Shown here: piece by piece, positions 1-12,000 of the stretch
Position numbering within the stretch: position 1 is the stretch's first letter
Layout of the letters: every line of letters begins with the position of its first letter
Source: Saprolegnia diclina VS20
Lineage: Eukaryota
Length of the DNA: 42,186 bases
Assembly (NCBI RefSeq): GCF_000281045.1
Contig: NW_008246179.1
Span: 1-42,186, forward strand
Direction of reading: 5' to 3'
Notes under the pieces: model-generated
Told to the model about the DNA's origin: nothing
Databases searched by the model: none
The model's input: the letters and a program-made list of their open reading frames with translations, nothing else
Translations under genes and position numbers: made by a program

Positions 1-3000
1 TTGCCCGAGCCAGGCGCAAGGACAATGCGACCAGCCGTCTCGCCGCTGTTGCCTGTCGACAACACCATGTCACCGCTGGAAAGAGTGCTTTCGCCAGTCG
101 TGAGCTCCACGACACCCGACGACACGGCAGAAGACGACTTGAGGATGACCGTGCCCGAAACGGCATCGTTGACACCGCTCGCAATGACGATCGACGCAGT
201 CAACGTTTCGTCGCTAGGATGTCCGAGCGTAATCGTAGCGCCTTGCGATGAAGCACCTGAGCGACCGCTAGAGAGCTGAATTGACCCTCTTTGGTCGTTG
301 GCAGAGATGGCGACACCGTGTGTCGTGCTCGACGTCCCAGAAACGCGAACAGGCCCACCAGCAATTTGGAGGTCGTCCCGACTGGAAAGCACCATGGTGT
401 CACTTGCAGCGCGGAAGCTTCCGTTGGATTCCACGTCAATGCTAGTGCGAGCTGGTGCATCCTTGCCTCCGGTGCGAATCGAGACATTGCCTCGCAGACC
501 ACCTTGCAGAGCGAGACTGCCACTTGCCGAGATGTGTACGTCACCGCCGCGCGCACCGTCGGCCGTGGCCATGGTGATGGATCCAGCTTGCTCCGTAGCC
601 GTGCCCGTTTGGATGCTGATATCACCACTGGACTGCTGCGTGTCACGCCCCGATACGAGAGCAATGGAACCACTCTGCGCGGTCGAGCCGCCCGATGCAA
701 TGACAACGTCCTTGTCAAGCAAAACCGATGCAGCAGCACCAGCACGCAGCGCAAGCGATCCCGCTTTGCCAGTTGAGCTTGTCGTCGCGCCGGTTGCAAT
801 CGTGACAGACCCCGTTGCATCCGCATCCGCTGGGCTGCCGAGGGAAAGCTCGCCAGGACTAGAGCCGCGGCCAGACATAAGGCGGATACTGCCGCCCGTG
901 CTGCCCGAGCCAGCGTGCACATGGACCGTGCCGCCTGAACCCGTACTCGAGCGCCCAGTAGACAAGACAATGCTGCCTGGTTGGTTGGCGTTGCTTGTCT
1001 CAAGCACGACGCCGCCTGACGTCGGCGCTGCGCCGCTCGCCAGCGTGATCGTGCCACTTGCACTCTCGGCACGTGCGGACACAAGCTCGAGCGCACCCGA
1101 GTTTGTCATGCCGGTGCCCGTCGCCAGTAACAGAGCGCCCCCGTCACTTTCAGCCGACTCGCCGGCGTGCAGTTGGATTGAGCCGCCACGCGATTGGCTG
1201 TCTCCGACGGCAAGCACAATGGACCCCGCCGAGTTGGCGTTGCCGGTTTGAACGAGCATGCTACCTGAAGCCGCTGTCTCCGACATACCGGAGCGCAAGA
1301 GAATGTCACCCGTCGCCTTTGCTTTTGCGTCGGCCGTCGTAATCTCGATGCGTCCCGTAGCGTGAGGCTCGTTGCGTCCGAGGCGAATGCGCTTGTACTG
1401 TGCTTGCATCGCCGCAAGAAGATCGATGCTCAGCGCCTGCTTGTTGATGTGGTGGAACGACTGCATCGAGAAGTTCTTCTCGGGGAACGCGTACGAGCCG
1501 ACCTTGACGTACTCGGGGAAGGTCTCGGCCACTTGCTGCGCAATGACACCGCGCACAACCTCGTTGGAGACGTGCCCGATGGACTGCCACTGCTTGCTGT
1601 ACCGGTACTGCTTGACCTCGATGTTCTGAAGGCGCTGGAGCAAGTCATCTTGATCAACGTCCTGGATCTCGGTCTTGATACGACGGTCCGACGGGTACGT
1701 GATGGACGTAAACTGCGCCGGCACATGTGTAATGACTTCGTTCGCACGAACACGCATGACGACGTCACCCGTGATATCCGACTCGCTGTGGGCCACTGTG
1801 AGCTCGCCCGACCCGACGACCATACGAGTGTCGCTGCCGCTGGACAAAGTCAGCGGCGCGTCGGGGCCAGACGTCACCGAGACACTACCATTCGGGTCCA
1901 CATTGATCGACGCCATATTCTCCACGTTCTGGAGCACGATCTGGCCGCTGGTGCCGGCTGTGACAGTAACATCGCCGCCGACGGAGCCCTCGCCACCCGA
2001 AAGTGCAATTGAGCCCGCGATCCCGGTGGACGACGCGCCACCAAGAAGTGAAATGTCGCCACCACGACGGCTGCCACGACCACCCGACACGGTCGTCACA
2101 CCACCCGTCTCCAGACCGTCACTGCTTCTAATCGCAAGGGCACCACTGTCGACGGCAGCGCCCGTAGCGATCGTGACAGTGCCACTGGCGCCTGTCGTAG
2201 AGGTCGCACTGGTCAAGCTGACGGTGCCTGATGCCACTCCAGAGCCCGACGAGAGGCGAAGATCGCCGCCGACACCAGCAGTTGTGGAGCCAGCGACAAG
2301 CGACACAGAGCCAGCATCGAGCGTGGCACTATCTCCACCGCGGATCTCGACGGTGGCACCGGCGAGTTGGCTCTTGCCAGCACCAAGAATCACAGCGCCC
2401 GCAGATGCTGTCGTGGCAGGCCCCGATGCAATAGACACGAGACCACTCGTCTTGCTCGTGCCCGACGTGACGTGAACGGCGCCGGACGTAATGCTCGACG
2501 TTGCCGACGTGATGCGCACTGCGCCAGACGTGGGACCCGCGCCAGACGACAAATCCAAGTCACCGCCGATTGAGTACCCCGAGGCACCCGCCGCGACAAC
2601 GACGCTTGCACCAGACGTCGACGTCGCAAAACCGGCTGAAAGAGTCACCGCACCGACCGATCCAGACGTTGCGTTTCCAGTGGTAATCGCGATCGACCCC
2701 GAATGGTCCACGACCGACGAGCCTGTCGCGATGCTGACTGTGCCAGAACTGCCTCGCGCGGAGTCTCGCGACTGAATTTCGACGTTGCCAGACGCAGAGC
2801 GCCCGTCACCCGACGCCATCGCGATGGTACCACCGATGCTCTCGCCGCTCATGCCGGCAGCAATCGACACCGCGCCTGCTGGGCCGATGGTACTGCTCCC
2901 CGAGGCAATCGAAACCGAGCCAACAGTCGAGTGCGCGTCGCCACTCACAAGATCAATCGCGCCGGACGCACCCGACGTTGACGCGCCGGTGGAAAGCGTC

Positions 3001-6000
3001 AGACGACCCGTGAATGCACCGGACGCCGTAGCAATCGCAATTGCACCACTCGCGCCAGCGATACTAGAGCCCGACGCAAGCACAATCGCGCCGCCAGACG
3101 TGGCTCCGCTCGATGCGCCAGCAACCATTGAGAGACGACCGCCGTTGACGCCCACGCCAGCTGACACGATAACGTCCCCGCTGGCACCCGACGACGATTC
3201 GTGGGTGGACAATGTGATGCTGCCCGATGCACCGGCCGTGGGAAGTCCGCTTCCGATGAGAATAGCACCGCTTGAAGACGACGACGCCGTAAGAAGCTGG
3301 ACACTGCCCGACACGGTACCAGCGCCGCTAGAGAGGCGCACGGCACCTCCGGCACCCGCGTTCGAGACACCGCCAGCCAACGACACATCGCTGCCTTGGC
3401 GGGTATTTGTTGCACCCGCCGCGATAACGACGCTGCCGGCTACACCACCAAGCGCGCTGCCAGTGCCAATTTCAAGGTTTCCAGAGGTGCCAGCCGTCGA
3501 GGAGCCAGTCTGGACGTCAACCGAGCCGCTCGAACCTGCAGCCACGGATGTGATACGGACTCGACCCGAGACCCCAGCATGGCTACCACCTGACTGGATC
3601 GACACGGAGCCGCTTTGACCACCGGCTCCAGCGGCGACAGTGATGTTGCCGCCTTGCCCGGTCGCACTGCTTCCTGCGGTGAGCGCAATCACGCCAGCAG
3701 CCACAGCACCGGCTCCAGAACTGATCTGAACGGAGCCAGATGCAGCGGTCGTAGCCACGCCCGTCGAAATGACAGTGTTTCCGCTCGTAGCACTGGAAGA
3801 AGACGACAGCACGACCGAACCAGAGACCGTCGACGTGCTGCGACCCGATGTGATTTGAACAATACCACCCGTTGCGTCGCTGGCACCACTCGAGACACGG
3901 ACGCTTCCCGCCTCATGTGACGTCGACGAGCCGACAGAAAGATCAATCGAGCCCGAGATACCGCCCGCGCTGCTGCCCGTAGCAATCGAAACCGAGCCCG
4001 CAGCGTCGGACGCGGCATTACCAGTGCCAAGTTTCAAGGCGCCCGAGCTGGAACCATCGGCCGTGAGGACTCGGACAGTGCCACTGGTCTCGCCCGATCC
4101 GCTCGTGATGTCAATAACGGCGCCTGTGCCAAAGCGACTCGCGCCGCCGGCAATGTCGACAGCGCCCGCCGGTCCCTCGCTGTCGCCGGAGCGAATCGAC
4201 ACGGTGCCCGACTGTGTGGTCGAGATACCAGAGGTGACGGTAACAGCTCCCGAGATCTGAGCCGCCTGCCCCGAGCCAACGGTAAGCGAGCCGGAAGCGT
4301 CTTGAGCTGTCGACGCCGACTGAACTGCGATACTACCACTGGCGCCCGAGCTCGTGCCAGACGTAACTTCGACAGCGCCACCGACGCCATACGCACTATT
4401 ACCGCCTTGTAGCGCCAGAAGACCACCCGTTCCATCGCTCAAGCTACTGCCAGAGGTCAACGATAAGGCGCCACCCTCGCCAAGCTCGCTGGCCCCGGAC
4501 GTGAGCGCAATGGCGCCGCCAGCGCTTGTCGTCGATTCCGAGCCATTCACCGAGAAAGTCCCGGCGACATGGCCTTGCGAAGCGCCGACATTGATCGCAA
4601 TTTTGCCGGCGCTGCCGGACGACGACGATCCGCTGGAAAGCGCGATACTTCCTGCAGCTCCCGTTTCCGACGTGCCGGTGGTCAAAGTCAGCGCACCGCT
4701 GCCGCCGACACCTGCCGGCGTATTGATTGTCACGTCACCGCTAGTCGACAAAGCGCCCGCGCCAGACGCAATCGAGACAGCGCCGCCCGTCGCCGCCGCC
4801 GAGCGTCCTGCGCTCAACGAAACGGTGCCACCACTCGTGCGACTGCTGTCACCGGTGGCAATTGCAACATGGCCACTTGAGCTGCCAGCGCTGGAGCTGA
4901 TGTGAATCGTACCGGAAGCGCCCATGCTGGCGTCGCCCGTAGTGATAGCGATCGAGCCAGACGCGTCGCTTGAGCTTGTTGAGAGAACGACCTTGCCGCT
5001 CGACCCACGTCCCGTGCCAGATCCGATGGAAATGGCTCCGCCATTGCCGGACGCGGCATTGCCCGCCGCAAGAACGATGTCCCCGCCGTCGTACGTGGCA
5101 TCGCCGGACGTCGCGCCAACGGATAGCGTCAACGTGCCGGGTGCCGCACTCGAAGCTCCCGTAGATATGGCAACGGCGCCCGACGACTCGCTCGTTGCAT
5201 CACCCGATGCAAGGGCAATCGGCCCACTCGAAGCACTGCCGGCAGTCACAATGGCCAAGCGACCCGACGCTGTTGCACCGGGGCCCGACGCGACATTGAC
5301 ATTGCCTCCGAGAGCGTTGGTCGATGAGCCACCAATCACGACGACGTTGCCAGCCTCGCGCGAAGCAGCACCTGCAGACACCACGACGTTACCGGCAGTA
5401 CCAGACGTCGAGCGGCCGGACGCAAGACGCACGGTTCCTGAGGTTTGGACAGCGTCGCCCGATTGCATCGAGATTGATCCAGACGAGGCGTCGGCAGTGG
5501 CCGAAGACAGCACAACACGCCCCGTTGTCACCGGCGATGCACCAGACGTCAACTCAAGCGCGCCACCTTCGGCACCGGAGGACAAGCCCGACGAGATCGT
5601 CACAGCAGCGCCTTTCGTCGTCGAATCACCCGCGCGGAGCGAGATACCACCGGCTTGGGCCAACGATGCACCCGTTGTCAAAACAATCTCGCCAGACGCT
5701 TGGGGCACCGCAGTCACAGCACCCGTTGCGATAGACACGACCCCCGAGCCGCCCGCGGTGCTTCCATTAGCAGACGTCAGCGAAATTGCGCCGCTTGTAT
5801 CCACGGCCGAGCCCGATGTGAGCACGATATCACCACCAGAGTTGGTCGACTTCTGGCTGCTGCCACTCATAAGCCGAATCGATCCGCCAATGTCACCGCT
5901 ACCAGCAGAAACCTTGATCGTGCCGCCAGAGCCAACGGACGCCGAGCCAGTCGTCAGCAAGAGGGCGCCCACTTGGCCGTCCACAACGTTGCCAGTCGAG

Positions 6001-9000
6001 AGGTCAACCTTCCCAGAGTTGCCCATCGTCGTCGTTGAGCTTGAAGCAATGGTAATACCGCCCGTGGACGACTCGCGGGCCTTAGCCGTGCTCGAACCCG
6101 ATACAAGCGAGATAGCGCCGCCTGACGCCGCACTGCCAGCAACGACACTGACTTGAGCCCCGACTGGCGCAGCAGAACTAGCTCCGAGGGTAATACCCAC
6201 GGAACCAGCCGACGAGCCAGAGCCAGTCTGCACAAGCAAACTGCCCCCCATGCCCCCCGATGCTGCGCCCGTCGCAAGCGTCAAGTCGCCAGTGCTCGAG
6301 CTCGCCTTGGTAGCGATTTCCACGCTGCCCGAGACGTCGCTTTGGCTTCCGCCAGAGCGAATCTGTATAGCCCCGCCGATGCTGTTGTCGCTCTCGCCGC
6401 CAAAGATGCTCACAGTACCCGACGCAGCCGCTGCCGACCCGTTGCCGTGGCCACCCATGACGGTCACATTGCCACCGAGAGCGCCAGGCGCTGCCGCAGA
6501 GCCGGCTTGGACGAAGACACTACCGCCAGACGACGACGCAGCGGACGCTGCACCAGCGCTCACAAGTAGAGAGCCACCGTTTGATTGCGAGCTGGCACCC
6601 GCAATGACAGCGATCTTGCCTCCAGTCGTGCCGGAGCCCGCGTTCACGTTCACAGCCCCGGCGCTGCCCAGCTTTGACGACCCGGAGGTGAGGTTCGCGT
6701 CACCCGTGGCGTGATCACTACCGCCGGCAGTTGAAATCGCGATGGCACCACTGACGCCAGACGCACCACTGGCACCCGAGGTCAACCGAACCGAGCCACC
6801 GACGCTAACGTCGGAAGCGCCAGCTTGCACAGCAATGTCACCGCCAGTGTGACCGGCGCCGCCGGAAAGCGATATAGCGCCACCGATAGCCTTGGCGGCT
6901 CCAGAGCTGATGACGATGGACCCCGTGTCTCCAGCAGAAGACGAGCCCGAGAGCATGCGGACTGGGCCCGACGCACCCGACTTGCCAGCAGCTGCAGACT
7001 GCAACACCACAGCTCCACTTGTCGTTGCCTTGCCGGCGCCAGACGTGATAGAGATGCGGCCGCCGGTTTCAGTTATCGACACACCCGAGGCGAGAGCCAA
7101 CTCGCCGCCAGTAAGATGGCTTGCCCCGACACCAATCGAGACGCTGCCAGCCGTTGTACCGGTCGAGAGACCGGACGATAGCGTAATGGCGCCGGAGGTT
7201 GACGTCGCTGCACCCGAGGCCACATTAATGGAGCCCGTGGATGCCCCATCGGCCGTTTGAAGGAGCATCGACCCGGTTTGAGACGCGGACGTCGACGTCG
7301 TGCTTTCACCAGTCTCAATGGTCAGGCTGCCACCGACTTGGCTCGTCGCTCCCGATGTGAGGCGCAGTGCACCTCCGTTTGTGCCGGTGCTTGTACCAAC
7401 AGAGACCGAGATATCACCAGCGGCACCTTCAGTTGCCCGACCCGTCGTCAAACGAAGTGCACCCGACGCGCCTTCTGTCGCAAAGCCCGTTCCGAGAGCA
7501 ACGTCGCCACTCATTTTCGACGGGGCACTTGACAGCGTAATGACACCACTGACCGAGGCTACAGAGGCACCAGACACCAAAGTAATGCGACCGCCGTCAC
7601 CGACGGTGGAGGCACCGGCGGTCACGTTGACGTCCGCTCCGCTGCCGGCGTGAGAAATACCCGCACTTGTGATGATGGACCCCGCTGTGCCCGCGGACGC
7701 GCTGCCCGAAGCTACGACAATGTCGCCAGCCTTGCCCGTGGAAGCTTGACCCGTGTACAAAACGTTGTTGCCGCTGCTCACAGAGCCTGCCGTTCCGAGC
7801 GAGATGCCGCCGCTGGATGCCTTTTTGGACGCCCCGCCTTCAACAGTAACAGCACCGCCAGTGGATGCAGCGCTCGAGCCGCCCGCGAGACGAAGAGCAC
7901 CGCCAGTGGCAACCGAGCTGCTGCCCGCCGCAAGAACAATGTCACCGGCAACACTGTCATCACTTGCGCCCGGCTGGACAACAACAGAGCCGGACTTGCC
8001 CTGCGTCGTGGTACCCGTCGCGATCTTGATGGCACCCGAGTTGGCACTTGCCGCATCAGATGATGACAGCTCAACTGCACCGCTCGCAGAGCGATCGCTC
8101 TTCCCGCTCACAATGGAAACGGTGCCACCCGTTGACGCGGAAGCGCTCCCACCCGAGACAACGACACGGCCACCGACGTTGCTGGACGCATCAAGACCGC
8201 GGCTCGAACCGCCCGAGACACGAATGGCGCCGCCACTGCCACCATCGATCGCGTCGCCCGAGCCGGCGCTCACAGTCACATTTCCGCCAGTAGCGCTGGC
8301 GCGTGTTGTTGCACCACTGGAGACAACCACGTTGCCGCCATTGCCCAACGAGCCCGAGCCGACAGCCACGGTAATATCGCCGCCCGCGCCCTGAGTCGCG
8401 GAGCCCGTCTCCACGAGAATGCTGCCCGAGCCACCGTCGGTCGCTTGTCCCGTGGTGATCGAGATGACGCCAGACGTGGCCGAGCTCGTCGTCCGAAGCG
8501 AGAGAGCGCCACTCGAAGCGCCTTCACTGAAACCGGTTTCAAGCGAGAGGGCGCCACCGCTAGCGGTGCCATCCTTTGTGTTACCGGTACGCAACGAGAT
8601 GTCACCGCCGTCACCGTGGCGTCCTGTACCGACACTGGCGCTGATGGAACCGGCACGTTCGTATCCCGTCGAGCCCGTCGAAAGTGCGATAGCGCCCGAC
8701 GCATCGTAGCCGGAGTCGCCAGTTTTGATCGAAATGGCACCGCTGGCACCATCCCAAGTAGAGTGGGCCGAAGCAATCGAAATGGAGCCAGTAGACTTTG
8801 AGGCCGACCGTCCTGACGTCACAACGACCGAGCCACCGTCCGAGGACTTTGAGTTACCACCACTCACCGTGACAGCACCGCCAGTGGAAGCACCAAAACC
8901 ACCCGACACGTCAACGGCGCCACCAGTGGATACGCGTGCTGCACCACCAGTGACTTTGACTCGGCCACCGATATTACTGTTGGCGCCGGCCGAGAGCTCA

Positions 9001-12000
9001 AGAGTACCCCCAGTGTGCGAGCTGCCTTCGCCGACGCGAACGGCGACATCACCACCCGCGCCGTTGCTCGACGTGCCCGAGGCAATGGTCAGTCGACCCG
9101 ACGACGCGTCGTTTGTTGAGTCACCCGTCGCCATGACGATATCGCCGCTCTTGCCCTCGCCCGTCGTTGCGATCGACACGGTGCCGCTCGCGTCCGACGG
9201 ACCGGCACCTGCCTTGAGAGCGATGGATCCACCATGAGCAGAGCCCGTGCCGGCGTTGATCTGGATGTTGCCACCGATGCGGCTGCTGTCGCCGGCGGCA
9301 ACAACAACATCACCGGCAGACCCGCGGCTCGAGGCGCCGGTGCCGATGGAAACAGTGCCCGAGTTGCCACCATCGGTCGAGCCCGTCACAACACGGAAGC
9401 TACCGCTCTGGTCCTTCTTCGACGTCACTTGGGCCGTAGAGACGAGCACATCACCGCTGCTGGCCGCCGACGATGACCCCGACTGGATCTTGACAGAGCC
9501 GCCGGCAGACGCAGACGCCGAGCCGGCCGTGAGCTCAATGTTGCCGCCGAGTCCTTTCGCACCGTGGCCAGCGCGCAATTGGATACTACCGCTTCCACCG
9601 CTCTCGGTGGCGCCCGTCGCTACGAGAATGCTGCCGGAGTTGCCCTTCTGGGAATCGCCCGTTGCGACAGTCACGACACCTACGTCATATATTTTGTAAG
9701 TGACCACGTCTTGGCCAATGGCGTCGTCGTACCCGAGTCACCGCGAGGTGATACGGCGGAGGCAACCTGAACGTCGCCGCTGCGCTTTCCAGCGCCGGCG
9801 CCGCTCGCGATAGACACGCTACCACCGGCACCGACATCGGCGTCGCCACCATAAAGAGCCACTTCACCGCCGCTGTTCACGTCGGGATGCAAGCCATGCG
9901 CTTGGCCGCCAGCGATCGAGACACGGCCGCCACTGCCTCCGATGGCCGACGTGTCGCGGTTCACGCCCGCACCTGCACGCAAGTCGAGGCGGCCGCCGCT
10001 GCTGTCTCGTGCGAGCGAATCGCCAGCAGAAGCTACCAAGCTACCGCCGCTCTGCGTCAAAGTGTCACCGACACTCAAGAGCACCTACATAACTTGTCAT
10101 CACACCGCATCAATGGTACCACGCAGGTGTACCTGGCCAGCAACGCCATCGGTCGACGCGCCCGTTGAAAGCTGGATGCCACCAGACAACCCTTTAACTG
10201 CCTTGCCGGTCACAACAGCCACCGAGCCGCTCACGCCACGACTAGGAGCCATGGGCGTCTCCAAGAGCAGGTCGCCGCTGGACGACTTTGACGCGCCCGA
10301 TTTCACCGTTACACCACCACCCGTGCGGGCGTCCGCGCTCGCAAACCCGGCAACAAGTTTGATCGCGCCACCGTCCGTCGAGCCACTGGCACCAACCTCG
10401 ACGAGAATGCTGCCAGCAGTGCCTTGCTTGTTTGGGTACCGACGTGACGAGGGGTAGGGCGCGTCACCAGACCGCACCACAATGTCGCCCGACGGACCTT
10501 CCGTCGCATAGCCCGTGATCATGGCAATCGCGCCTGTGCTACCGACACGGCCAGAGTTGGCCGTCTGCAGCGTTAACGCTCCCGACCCGGCCTCTTTGCT
10601 GGTACCCGAGGCAATGGACACAGAGCCGCCGGGGCCGCTCATGGACACGCCGCCCGAAATGCCGACAAAGCCACCTACACACTCCGTTATAGAAAATATT
10701 CCATCTAGAGTGCAACGCGACGTACCAACGTCTTTCGTGTCGCCACCCATTGAGATGCCGCCTTGCAGAACGAGCTGTCCGCCGTGGCCGCCCCCGTTGC
10801 GTCGCTTGCTCGCACCTGTGCCGGCGAGAAGACGCACGTCACCACCGGCCTTGCCATACTCGGTCGTCGCGCCCGCCGAGAGCTCGATGTCGCCGCCACG
10901 ACCGATTTCGTTCGCACCGATGCGCAACGTAATGCTGGCAGGTGTCATCGACTTGCCCGTGGTCACGGAAAAGCTGCCGGCCGTTGCCTCCTTACCAAAC
11001 GTGGCGCTGCCCGTTTGGACGACAACCGCGCCACTGGCCGCGCTCGGTCCCACGGCATTGGCAGTCTGAAGCTTGATATCGCCGCTTGCTGCGCTCGTGC
11101 TGACACCACTATGGAGCTCGACAGCACCGCCAGTCGAGAAGTCAGCCTTGCCACCATGGAGCGCGACCACGCCGCCCACGCTGTTGACTTTGCTGCGTCC
11201 TTTCGACTCCCCTCCAGCAATCTTGATGGAGCCGCCACGGCCACCGTTGAACGTGTCGATACTGAGGCCTGTCCCGGCGGTCAATTCGATGGCGCCGCCG
11301 ACCTTCTTGTTGGCTACACGATCATGAGCCACGTGTAGGGTGGCGTGAGTTTACCTCTGGTGTTGCCAGCTTTCAAGACGATGCTGCCACCAACGCCTTC
11401 GTCCGGCGTAAAGACGTTACCCTTGTCGCCAGATCCAACAGTCATCGTGATGCCGCCGCCCGAGCCGCTCGTAGCGTCGCCCGTCTGGAGCACAATCGAT
11501 CCCGATGCGCCAAACGCCGTGAGGCCCGTTTGCATGACAATGCTGCCCGACGACGCGCCTTTGCCGGCTATCGAGCCGGCGCTTCCTGTTTCGATAGCAA
11601 CGCTACCGCTCGCTGTATGCTGGCCAGCGCCCGACTGGATCGAAACGGAGCCGCCAATCGCCTTGCTGACCGCGGGGCCAGCCGACAGCGAGATTTGGCC
11701 TAGTGCACAATATCGATCGTTCAATAAACACGCAAAAAAAGAGGACGTCGTACCGCCAACGCCGCACGTGCTTTGGCCTCCTGACAGCGTGATGGAGCCG
11801 GCGACGCCAAGCTTGGTCGCGCTTGTCGACAATGTAATCGCACCCGTGTTGCCGCGGGTTGCCCCACCCGTCGTCAAGCTAAGCGTGCCACTCATGCCGG
11901 CGGAGCCAGCGTTGGCTGTCGACAGCTGGATGCTACCACTCGTCGTGTACGGGCTCGATCCCGACGTGACGTCAACAGAACCGCCGGTGCCGTAAGCCGC

